DNA from: Lama guanicoe
Taxonomy: Eukaryota
DNA length: 53,797 nucleotides
Assembly (NCBI GenBank): GCA_013239625.1
Contig: MU053653.1
Location: forward strand, 124,001-177,797
Direction: 5' to 3'
The notes under the pieces were generated by a model. The model searched no databases and was not told where the DNA came from. It worked only from the letters and a program-made list of their open reading frames with translations. The translations under genes and the position numbers were made by a program. This document shows, piece by piece, positions 1-12,400 of this stretch (position 1 is the stretch's first letter; every line of letters begins with the position of its first letter).

Positions 1-364
1 CTCCCAGCACAGTGGTTCCCCTCCAGTGCCTGTTCAGGGAAGCTCAACCCAGGGCAAAGGGAAGCTGGAGGTGTAGAACTCAGGCCCAAATCAGGCCCCT
101 TGTGGCTTGGCATCAAGTCAGGCTCAGGTTCTGGGAGCTGCTCGTGTGCTGGGGTCCTCCTCCTCCACCAGCACCTCCTCAGCCTGGGCTGCTTGCCCTT
201 AGCCGTGCTGGCCTGGTGCCCTCTCAGAGACGCCCAACCTGCAGCTTCTGGAAGGATTCCAGGCTGGGTCCTGCCAGCTCCCTCCTGGAGGCCCTCCGGG
301 GACAGTCAGGACACGCCTGGGGATGGTGGCTTCGCTCTGCTCATAGCAGCTTTGCGTCACTCAC

Positions 365-493
365 ATGCCCAGTGAGGCGCTGAGCTCCCCACCCACTGGG
401 CGGCAGAAGGAGGATTAGTCGTGCTGCTGGGGGTGACACGCACGTGCGGGTGGCGGCCAGGCGGATGTCTCCAGGCGAGCAGCGCTCCGCTAC
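365..493 (-). pseudogene. Non-repeat exon [42 protein letters not shown] with +1 frameshift and stop
   Basis: ctgcag acceptor, gtgagt donor, phase-0 start matching the previous exon; extra C in the run at 429-433 and TAA at 415-417 in the Cys-containing frame. Confidence 0.75.
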
Positions 494-3400
494 CTGCAGG
501 AGGGTGTGGAAGGAGAGTCCTGGCTCGGGCACTGTGCAGGTTGGGGGTGCGCCAGAGAACACTCCAGAGAACATTCCAGAGACAGAGGAAGGGTCTCTGG
601 GGAACCAGTCTCCTCCGAGAGGTCATTTAGTCAACGTGCCAAGACTAGGGTTAGGCTGGAGGGTAGAGGGGACCCACACAAGTAACAGGAGACAAGTCAG
701 CTCCTTGGAGAGATACACGGGAGGGAGGTCTAGCTCTGGGGAGACTGACCTGGGTTCCCACGCCACAGCAAAGGTGACCTCCCAGGAAGTAAACATGGAT
801 GGGAGGAGGGAAGGTGGGGGCTGGTCATGGCGAGACCAGTTTAGAGTAAGACTGAGGGCAAGATGGCCCAGAGGGAGGGCAGCCCAGCGGTCGGAAGGAC
901 CAGAGTGTCAGAGGAGCAGCCCAGTCGGGGGGCAGGAGGGAGCAGCGTCAAAGGAGCTGGTGCGCTGGCTGGGCCCACACTGCCCTTCTGCCTCCGGAAG
1001 GTGTGAGTCCAGGGTGGAAGGGGTCTGGGGAGCTGCAGTCCCTTCCCTGGGGTCACGTCAGGGAAGACATGCTCCCTCCTGAAAAACCCAATTTTTTAGG
1101 CCAGTGTGTAGCCAGACTTTCGATCATGCTGCCCAAGAGTGAAAATGACTGTGAAAAGTATTATTACAACATATGCTAGACAGTGTAAAAAAATACACAA
1201 ATACAAGGGAAAATCTCATGAGAAGGAAATGAACATGAACAGTTTTGATATTTCCTTCTTGGACCCCAGTGGCTTGAGCACACCGATTTTGGGATGGGCT
1301 CCGTGAGGCCAGAGTGTTCCCTGTTCTCTGACCAGGGTAGTAGGGGTAACGGGTAAGGGAGTTTGCCCATTAAAATCAGGGGTGAGTTTTAGGTGCTACC
1401 CATGAAACCAGCCGCACCTCTGGGGAGCTGATCCGTATGTGATCCCATGATACGTCAGAGGTGAGCCCTGCCTCTAAGTAGCTGAGTTTTGTCGATAACC
1501 TGGTTTGCTCTCTGCACTTCACTCTCTTCATGTGTAAAGGGGGCAGCTTTGACATTCTGGGGACCAGAGGCAGGCCAGGCAGTGTGTCAGGCTCCACGCA
1601 GGGCACTGGGAGGCCACCTGAAGGCCTTGGGCTGGGCAGCAGCTCTGTGTGGGAAGGAGGCTGTCTCTGAGGGTGGGAGGGCTTGCGTCTGCAGGGAAGT
1701 TCGAGAAACAGAGATGATGGGGCAGGTTTGGTTTTCTTGGCTAGGAGGGCAGGCGGGAGGGGGCCCAGCTCCTCACAGACCTGAGTAAGGGTGCTGGGAG
1801 CCAGGGCCGGGTGGCCACGTGAAGGACAGACGCCCAGACCTGTCTAGGGAGCAGCTCCTTGTCCAAGCTGAGCGCCCTCAGCCGAGCTCAGACTTGCAAG
1901 GCCTGGGAGCCAGGCTGGTGAGCGGTTTTCAAATGTCAGTGACTGTCAGAAACATTTGGAGGCCTGAGGAGACCCAGCTGCTGGGTCCCCCTCCCGGAGT
2001 CTCTGCTTCACTCCGCCAGGGGCAGGGCTCAAGGATGAGCATTTCTGACAAGCTTCCAGGCTATGCTGATGCTGCTGGTGCAGAGACCACACCTGGAGAG
2101 CCACTAGTCCAGCAGAAGGAGGAGCAGAGCCTCTCGCACACAGGGGAGAGGGGCTCAGACAGCAAGGACTACCTGACTTAGGGCTCCAGGCATGTTGGAA
2201 GCCAATCAGGCTGGGGCCATGGCCAGGGGCTGTGACCGTCCCCCTGGGGGAGACGGTCACAGCCTGCCTCACCATGTTGGCTCTTCTCCTGTTTAGCAGC
2301 AGGGTCTGCAAGGGGGAAGGTAGACCCGCCTGGAATGGCACAGGTAGGGGAGAAGAAGGGTGGCGAGAGAGCAGGCGTTCAGGCTGAGCTCCTGTTGGAC
2401 CTGGGTGGGTGGACGGGGTCCTGACTGTCATCTTGTTTTTCTGTGGCTCAAATACAGGATTAAGATGACTGAAATTGGAGATTTGGAGTCAAGGGGGAGA
2501 CCTCTGCTGATTGAGCCCGGGACAGCACAGGGGCTTCTTTGCCACGTGGCTGGTTGGGCGAAGGGGCCCCCATACAGGTGTTGCTGCCTTTCAAAAAAAG
2601 GTCAGGTCCAGGGCCTCCAGAGCTGGCTATGAGAGGAGGGGTTCCCGGCTGCCCCCAGGGCTCTGTGCCAGGGAGAGGCACTGCTCTTGTTCTAGCGACC
2701 CGTCCCACCTGGGACGTGGCCCTTCCTGCTGTTTGTGACTCCTTGTTTCATGTGCTCCAGGGACAGACCCCTGCAGGGGCGACTCTAAGATCCTGTACAA
2801 GGCTGAGTTTCTGTGGTTCTCTGATAAGGAGAGACATGTGTCTGGACCTGAGCTCTCTGCAGTCTTCCCATTTGTGCAGGAGCTAATCCCCGGGCACAAA
2901 GGGCTGGACGGGAACCAAACAGCCAACGGAGGTGCCTGGCACACAGGGCGGCCACCGAGGCAGTGCTCCCTTCACCCCCCAAGCCTCCCCTCCCCGAGGC
3001 CCCAGTGCGCTCGCTACCTGGGGCTGACAGTCCTCACCACTGCTGCTCTTGTCCTCGGACTCGTGTCCTGCCTGGCAGATGCAGGAACTGTCTGACTTCT
3101 GGAAGACCCTGTTCAGGCCTCGACATGTGCAGTGGGAGGCACCTGGAGGGAGAGAAGTCCCCAAGCTCATCATAGGCTTCTGACAGGGAGCCAGAGACAT
3201 GAGGCAGCCCGGTAGGGCAATCAGACACCTGCCTTCACCAAAGTACTGACCTGAAGGGTCTCTGAGGGGAAAAATGAGCTCTTCCAAGTCTGACTTTGCA
3301 TTAGAATTATCCAAGAAGCTTTTTAAAAACATTTGTCCCCTTTAGACCAATTAAATAAAAATCTCTGAGGGGAGGCCAGGACATCTACCTTTTAAAAACT

Positions 3401-6400
3401 TCCTGGAGAGCTTTATTGTGCAGCCAGGGCTGAGATCTAGCTATGCAGTTGAAAGTCCCTGACACCTGTGGAAGGCGCTGTTCCTACCAGGGTCACACAG
3501 AGCCTCGGGGGTGCAGGGGGCCGTCCTGAAAGGCTGGCCCAGGCTTCTGTCTCTAGGCAACGAAGGGGTGAGATCTACAGACTGAAGGCCCCTCGAGACC
3601 TTGAAGGATGGCCTGGAATGCGTGGACGGAGCTGGGTAAGGAAGTTAGGGTTTTATTTGATTGACAGAAGGAGCCCAGGTGGATGTTCCTCTGGGAGAGG
3701 CAGTTGTGGGGAGGCCGAGACTGGGACCTTGCAGGGGACTGAGGTTCACTGTGGCTCTGGCCGGTTTGCCCCTGTTGGGATTGGTGTCTGCTCAGGGAGA
3801 TTAAAAACTAATCAAAGTTTAGCCCCTGCAGATACCACTTGGACATGGTGCACAGTAGCCAAAAGATCCTCAGCAGAATTTGTTGACTGAATTGATTAAG
3901 GCTGAGATTTTTTGCCAACATGGTTACAATCTCCCCCTGCATTCCCAAATTTAGGGACCATTAACAAGAAGAATTATTTTTACTGTAGAGAAGGATGGAA
4001 GTTACTCAACCCTGAAGTGACACAGGGGGTTTTCTCCCACAGTCAGATTGTCAGCTCTCTCCACTACCCTGAAGGCTAGAAAGTGCTTTGGCCCATCTGG
4101 ACCCGCCCCCGCTGGGTGAAACGTGGGCCCCATCATGATCCAGGGGTCTTCCATGTCTTCTCTTTGTCCAGAGCCGTGGGCTGCAAACCTGGGAACCTGG
4201 GTGCCGGGGAACTTCTTGCATGAAGGAGTGACTAGATGGGTGAAGGAGTGACCAGTTATGAGACCTCACCCTCAGTGTTTTATAATTCAATTATATTAAT
4301 TTCCTGAATAACAAATGCAGAGACCACACCTGGAGAGCCACTAGTCCAGCAGAAGGAGGAGCAGAGCCTCTCGCACACAGGGGAGAGGGGCTCAGACAGC
4401 AAGGACTACCTGACTTAGGGCTCCAGGCATGTTGGAAGCCAATCAGGCTGGGGCCATGGCCAGGGGCTGTGACCGTCCCCCTGGGGGAGACGGTCACAGC
4501 CTGCCTCACCATGTTGGCTCTTCTCCTGTTTAGCAGCAGGGTCTGCAAGGGGGAAGGTAGACCCGCCTGGAATGGCACAGGTAGGGGAGAAGAAGGGTGG
4601 CGAGAGAGCAGGCGTTCAGGCTGAGCTCCTGTTGGACCTGGGTGGGTGGACGGGGTCCTGACTGTCATCTTGTTTTTCTGTGGCTCAAATACAGGATTAA
4701 GATGACTGAAATTGGAGATTTGGAGTCAAGGGGGAGACCTCTGCTGATTGAGCCCGGGACAGCACAGGGGCTTCTTTGCCACATGGCTGGTTGGGCGAAG
4801 GGGCCCCCATACAGGTGTTGCTGCCTTTCAAAAAAAGGTCAGATCCAGGGCCTCCAGAGCTGGCTATGAGAGGAGGGGTTCCCGGCTGCCCCCAGGGCTC
4901 TGTGCCAGGGAGGGGCACTGCTCTTGCTCTAGCGACCCGTCCCACCTGGGACGTGGCCCTTCCTGCTGTTTGTGACTCCTTGTTTCATGTGCTCCAGGGA
5001 CAGACCCCTGCAGGGGCGACTCTAAGATCCTGTACAAGGCTGAGTTTCTGTGGTTCTCTGATAAGGAGAGACATGTGTCTGGACCTGAGCTCTCTGCAGT
5101 CTTCCCATTTGTGCAGGAGCTAATCCCCGGGCACAAAGGGCTGGACGGGAACCAAACAGCCAACGGAGGTGCCTGGCACACAGGGCGGCCACCGAGGCAG
5201 TGCTCCCTTCACCCCCCAAGCCTCCCCTCCCCGAGGCCCCAGTGCGCTCGCTACCTGGGGCTGACAGTCCTCACCACTGCTGCTCTTGTCCTCGGACTCG
5301 TGTCCTGCCTGGCAGATGCAGGAACTGTCTGACTTCTGGAAGACCCTGTTCAGGCCTCGACATGTGCAGTGGGAGGCACCTGGAGGGAGAGAAGTCCCCA
5401 AGCTCATCATAGGCTTCTGACAGGGAGCCAGAGACATGAGGCAGCCCGGTAGGGCAATCAGACACCTGCCTTCACCAAAGTACTGACCTGAAGGGTCTCT
5501 GAGGGGAAAAATGAGCTCTTCCAAGTCTGACTTTGCATTAGAATTATCCAAGAAGCTTTTTAAAAACATTTGTCCCCTTTAGACCAATTAAATAAAAATC
5601 TCTGAGGGGAGGCCAGGACATCTACCTTTTAAAAACTTCCTGGAGAGCTTTATTGTGCAGCCAGGGCTGAGATCTAGCTATGCAGTTGAAAGTCCCTGAC
5701 ACCTGTGGAAGGCGCTGTTCCTACCAGGGTCACACAGAGCCTCGGGGGTGCAGGGGGCCGTCCTGAAAGGCTGGCCCAGGCTTCTGTCTCTAGGCAACGA
5801 AGGGGTGAGATCTACAGACTGAAGGCCCCTCGAGACCTTGAAGGATGGCCTGGAATGCGTGGACGGAGCTGGGTAAGGAAGTTAGGGTTTTATTTGATTG
5901 ACAAAAGGAGCCCAGGTGGATGTTCCTCTGGGAGAGGCAGTTGTGGGGAGGCCGAGACTGGGACCTTGCAGGGGACTGAGGTTCACTGTGGCTCTGGCCG
6001 GTTTGCCCCTGTTGGGATTGGCGTCTGCTCAGGGAGATTAAAAACTAATCAAAGTTTAGCCCCTGCAGATACCACTTGGACATGGTGCACAGTAGCCAAA
6101 AGATCCTCAGCAGAATTTGTTGACTGAATTGATTAAGGCTGAGATTTTTTGCCAACATGGTTACAATCTCCCCCTGCATTCCCAAATTTAGGGACCATTA
6201 ACAAGAAGAATTATTTTTACTGTAGAGAAGGATGGAAGTTACTCAACCCTGAAGTGACACAGGGGGTTTTCTCCCACAGTCAGATTGTCAGCTCTCTCCA
6301 CTACCCTGAAGGCTAGAAAGTGCTTTGGCCCATCTGGACCCGCCCCCGCTGGGTGAGACGTGGGCCCCATCATGATCCAGGGGTCTTCCATGTCTTCTCT

Positions 6401-9400
6401 TTGTCCAGAGCCGTGGGCTGCAAACCTGGGAACCTGGGTGCCGGGGAACTTCTTGCATGAAGGAGTGACTAGATGGGTGAAGGAGTGACCAGTTATGAGA
6501 CCTCACCCTCAGTGTTTTATAATTCAATTATATTAATTTCCTGAATAACAATTTTTTAAAAAAGTTTTCTTTTGCTAAAGAATACTTTGAACAAACGTCT
6601 GAACGCTTGGTGTGGCATTCATGCCTATAGATTCGACCACAGACCTTGAAAGTATCATTTTATGTCTCTCCCCCACCATCCCAGCCCAGTGGGGTTCTAC
6701 TCACCCCCAGGTTCCTGTTTAAATACGTTTCCCAGAGCTTGCCCTGCCCCTGCCCTGCAGAAGCAGCTCTTTTCTGATTTGGAACCATCCAGACCTTTAG
6801 GCTCACTTCCTGTGGCGCTGACACTCCTGCTAGTTCTTCCTGTGTTTTCTTCCTTCTTCCTGTGAGAGCTGTCTTCGTATCTTTCACAGTGCCTCTGTGG
6901 CACTAACAGTTGGAAGCTAGTGTCTGTGGGCTGACCTTTAAATACATTAACTAAAAGACCCCCACCTAATCCTGAAAGGGAAAGAGGCAGTTTACAAATG
7001 TGCATGTGCCTGCCAGACTTTTTCCTACCTGTGGCAGAGAGTAGCTTATTTCAGACCCATCTTCCTATGACATACAACTAGAAAAGCCAGAAAAAATACA
7101 GAAAACTTCTGTCTGAAGGCATAAAGAACTTAACTACAGACTTAAGAAAAAGGGCGGGAACACACAGAGGACCGGCCCACATTTGGGACACACCCCCTGA
7201 AAGCCGCTGGGCTCTCAGTTGACAGGCTGAGATGCGCACAGCTTCACGATGGCCCTCGAGGCCCTGGGGACACCGAGAATGGGGGGCCTCCGGTCAACAC
7301 CACGACCTTCAGTTCGAGCCACTGAAGATCTGCAGTCAGGGATGCACTGACTCTCTCAAAACCTGGAGCCCAGGACTCCTTTTCTGAATCCCTGATGAAC
7401 GGAAGGCTTTTGTTGCTACTGTGACTGCCTTCCAAAACGAAAGTGACTCCTCCATTCTGGAAGGTAGCAGCATCCAGAATTTCAAAACTTCGCTACAATT
7501 TTCAGTCACAAAGCCTAGCATCCAACTGAAGTCTTTCCCCCACCATCCCAGCCCAGTGGGATTCTACTCACCCCCAGGTTCCTGTTTAAATACGTTTCCC
7601 CGAGCTTGCCCTGCCTCTGCCCTGCAGAAGCAGCTCTTTTCTGATTTGGAACCATCCAGACCTTTAGGCTCACTTCCTGTGGCGCTGACACTCCTGCTAG
7701 TTCTTCCTGTGTTTTCTTCCTTCTTCCTGTGAGAGCTGTCTTCGTATCTTTCACAGTGCCTCTGTGGCACTAACAGTTGGAAGCTAGTGTCTGTGGGCTG
7801 ACCTTTAAATACATTAACTAAAAGACCCCCACCTAATCCTGAAAGGGAAAGAGGCAGTTTACAAATGTGCATGTGCCTGCCAGACTTTTTCCTACCTGTG
7901 GCAGAGAGTAGCTTATTTCAGACCCATCTTCCTATGACATACAACTAGAAAAGCCAGAAAAAATACAGAAAACTTCTGTCTGAAGGCATAAAGAACTTAA
8001 CTACAGACTTAAGAAAAAGGGCGGGAACACACAGAGGACCGGCCCACATTTGGGACACACCCCCTGAAAGCCGCTGGGCTCTCAGATGACAGGCTGAGAT
8101 GCGCACAGCTTCACGATGGTCCTCGAGGCCCTGGGGACACCGAGAATGGGGGGTCTCCGGTAAACACCACGAACTTCAGTTCGAGCCACTGAAGATCTGC
8201 AGTCAGGGATGCACTGACTCTCTCAAAACCTGGAGCCCAGGACTCCTTTTCTGAATCCCTGATGAACGGAGGGCTTTTGTTGCTACTGTGACTGCCTTCC
8301 AAAACGAAAGTGACTCCTCCATTCTGGAAGGTAGCAGCATCCAATTGGAGGTGTGTGACATATACTTTAAACTGTGATTTGCATGTTTGATAAATCAAAC
8401 GACAAGATGGAGAATTTCACCGGGGGAATAGGGAACTATAAAGGAATAACAGAAAATCCAGAACTGAAATATTCAATAGCAAAAAATAAAATATCATTAG
8501 ATGCATTTAATAGCAGATTATATGGAGCTAAAGAAAATAAAGTGAAATATAGGTCTGAAAAAACATCCCAATTGAATCTCAGGAAGAGAACATAAAAGAT
8601 GAAAAATGCAGCAAACAACGCAAGAGACATGTGTGTGGTAAAAAGAGGTAACATGTGTAACTGGAGATCCAAAAGGAAAGGGAAAAAACAAGGCAGAGTA
8701 AATATTTAAAAACATAATGGCTGAGAATTTCACAAAGTTAAGATACATCAAACCACTCAGGAAGTACTAAAGGAACTCAAGTAGGATTAACTCAAATAAT
8801 ACAAACAAAGTTTGCAGGAAAAAAAACCTCAGTTTTATTCTTAAAAATCAAAGACAACGAGAAAATCTTAAAACTACTCAAGAAAAAGTACATTTAGCTG
8901 CAAAGAGCAAATATAGGTGCTTAAATAAGACTCCTCAACAGAAACAATGGAAACAGAGGCCCTGGAAGCGCGTCTTTGAAACGCTGAACGAAAATCACTG
9001 TCAAACCAGAATTCTAGCTCAAGTGTGCCTTACGACTAAAGCTGAGGAGACATCTTTAGACAAACAAAACATCAGCCGATGACAGTTTAAAAGCATTTAC
9101 AATGGCATCAAGATACACGAAACGCCCAGGAAAACTCTGATTCTACGTCGGTGTAGACACAGTGCTGTTTTCTTCACTGTGCTCTGATTAGGCTTCTCAA
9201 CTTCCACAAGACGTCCCACTCTAGTTACTACATTTTCCCTTTCTGTTTTCTAAAAGCGTTGTTGACTTCTTGTATAGGACACGAGTTAAGAGTCAGAATT
9301 CACCGTTCCTAAGTAGATCGCCATGGCATGGCCCTTTTATTGAGGAAACACTCATGTTTGTCATCAACCACACATCCTATATATAGCGGGTCTGCTTGAG

Positions 9401-12400
9401 ATCTGTCCTGTTCCGTTGGTCTTTTACCCTGTCCTAGTCAATGTAGCTTTATAATAAATCTTCGTATCAGTACTCTATGTCTCCCAACTTCATTCTTCTT
9501 TTTAAGATTGTCTTAGCTATTTGTGGCCCTGGAATTTCCACATAATCAGATCATATCCACAAAGACCATTGCTGGAATTTCTATGGGGTGGCATAGAATC
9601 AACAAATCCTTTGGGAGAGAGATGATATCTTTATTATATTAAGTCTTCTTATCTTTGAACGTGGCTTAACTTTCCTTTTATTTGTGTGTTCTTTATTTTT
9701 GTTCATTTTGGACAGCACTTAGACAGGACAGTACCTGGTAATTGCGCTTAATACTCTCCTAGAGAAAGTCTGCCGACTTTCAGCCTCCATTAGGGGGCAG
9801 GTCTGCAACGAGCTAAATATGTATGATGCGAATGTCTTCAATTCCCCATTGTGGGACTATCTGGTTACTTCTCCTGCTTGCACAGTGGAGAATGGCTCAC
9901 AGCAAAAACCACATGAAGACCACCTCTTCGAAATGAGGGAGGTGAGGAGTCAGCAAGGAGCCACTGGCACAGGCCGAGAGCTGTGCTGACAGCTCTGCAG
10001 CTGCCTCTACCACATGGATTCTAGGATAGGGACGGGCTTGGGGCCTCAGCAGTGTCAGACCTGGACTGGACAGCCTCAGAGCGGAGACCCAGCTCCCCGA
10101 CCAGCATGGTGCTGTGGAGCAGGTGGCTCAGCCTCTCTGAGTGTATTCCTCACCTCACTCATCTACGTGTGGAAGTCACTGTGTGGACTCTTACTCTGTC
10201 CACACACACCACACCGAGACATAGTGTGGCTTCCATAGAACAACTACACTCAACGATATGGTGGCTTTCTGAAACCACTGACCCTCAAAGCTGCAAGGGA
10301 AGGAGAACTGGTGTATTTGGAGCCAGTATCTGCAGACAAGAGCAACCAGCCAGCTGCGGGCAGGCAGGCGCCCCGAGACTCACCTGGTGGAGAGAAAGCA
10401 GAACTCCCGCAGGGGAGGCAGCCCTTCTGGCCTGGATGGGCACTGAAGGTGCTGGCGGGGCAGGGCAGGCAGTCTCCAGCTGCCCCTGCCTGGCTGCTGT
10501 TTCTGAAGGTTCCCGAAGGGCAGGGCCTGGGGCTGTGAGTCCCGGCAGGACAGTAGTGCCCCGCTGGGCAGGGCTGGCTCTGATAACTCTCTGTCCCTGG
10601 AGGGAAATGAGGGGAAGTTCTGAGCCACAGACTCCAGCTAAGGCAGGGTTTGAGCAATGGCAGAGGGAGTCCAGTGGAAGAATGACTTGCTGGGGGATGC
10701 GTGGAGGTGCAGGAGAGACAGCAGAGCAAATACAGGGGAGAATCTACATTGTGGGGAGGACGGTGGAGGCCCTGTACCCGTTGTACCTATCCCCCACTTC
10801 CAGCAGTGCCCTCCTGACACCTGAACACGCCTCCATCTCTCTCCGCAGACACAGGGCAGTGTGCCTCGCATCCCTCACAAGCTGGGCAGCCATTGTCTTA
10901 TTTTCAGGAGCACCTGGGCCGCAGGCTCCAGTATGCTAATTTGTGTGGTGTTGTGCACAGACTGTAATTTGTAGGTCTTTTAACCTAACATCAAGACAGG
11001 TGCGGCAGCTGCCTGCTCTGAATCCTCCTCGACCTGTGTTGTCCCTGTGTTCTTGGGTCTTTCTCCATCAGGTGGCTGGCCTAGCCGAGAAAAACTACAG
11101 GCCTGTCTCCCGCCACACTCCCCAGGACCCTGAGGGTCTCTCCCTGCCTGACACCTCCACCACCTCACCAGGCTCAGCCCAGTTCTGACTCGAGGCCAAA
11201 GCCCTCCCCTGCTTCCCAGACTCACCCTGGTGGCAGCTGAATCCGGGGGGGCAGGGCTGGCAGGGCAGGGCGTCCAGGGCCCAGCTGCGGTAGGTGCCCG
11301 CTTCACAGAGGCGGCAGCAGGTCTCCTCAGAGACTCTAAGGCCGCTTCCATTCAGGGGCTCAGAGCCCCCGGGGCACGCACGTGCATGGGTGCTGCCCGG
11401 AGGGCAGTAATAGGGAAACACGCAGCTGCGCAGAGACACAGACCCCAGACCCGGGTTTCACGCTGGTTGGGTCTGTGTGTGCTGTTGCTTCTCATCTCAC
11501 TAGCAGAGCCCCAACACTCCCCAGGCTTGGGCCGTAAGCTGGCGGGGGGAGGGGAGACTCTGATGTTACCCTGGATAGGGGGCTGTGGGGTTGACTTGTG
11601 TCTAATGGGGCCTAAGCAGGTCCGGGTGCCTTCTTGGAGAAGGCTGAGCCACGTCCAGGTGACCAGACTGGATTTCCTGAACTTTCACTTGCCAAATCTG
11701 ACCACCCCACGCAGGATGGCCCTGGAAACTGATGAAGGACATCTCAGTGCAATTTGCTCCGTCATCCTCCTTCCCTGGGACAGAGGCAGGGACAACCAAG
11801 CAAAGGGTTACCTGTACTTGTCTCTGAGCCCTGCTGTTTGGCCTGAATCCTCCGGGAAACTGAGAGGGTGGACCCCTATCGGGAGAGCCCGGAGGCTGAG
11901 ACACAGCGAGGAGCCTCTCACTGATGGGAGAGGTACTCACAGCTGCCCGGGGCCAGTGTAGGTGGAGGAGCCAGCAGGGCAGGCGTAACCCCCAGGACAG
12001 AGTGGGGGGATCCCAGTCTGGGGTCCACAGTAGGAGCCAGCTCTGCACGTGACCTCAGCCACAGCACCTGCGGGAGGCAGGAGCAGGCATCGTGGTCTTG
12101 GGGAGGTCTGGGTGGTGGGACCCAACCAAAGATTGGGTGGACCTTGCGGGCTGGCCAGATGGCTTGCAAAGGCAAGCAGGTGGCCATGGGGTTTCTGCCT
12201 GATGTGCCCTGGGCCTCCTGTGTGAGCTCCTGGCCAAACCTCAGGGGTGAGGGTGTGAGGGCTGGGGGCAGGGCTGGGAGGGAACTAAGGGCCGGCAGTC
12301 TCACCTGCAGGGCACTCAGACCCCGCTCTGCAGGGGATGGCAAACACATTTGCGTGGCTGCTCAGCTCAACCCCTGGGCAGTAGTAGCCAGCGGGACACA

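Larger units (their letters stand above)
2079..6551. repeat. Tandem duplication, 2237-bp period (2079-4314 / 4316-6551)
   Basis: Direct comparison shows about 7 substitutions; identical ORF sets at offset 2237. Confidence 0.97.
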
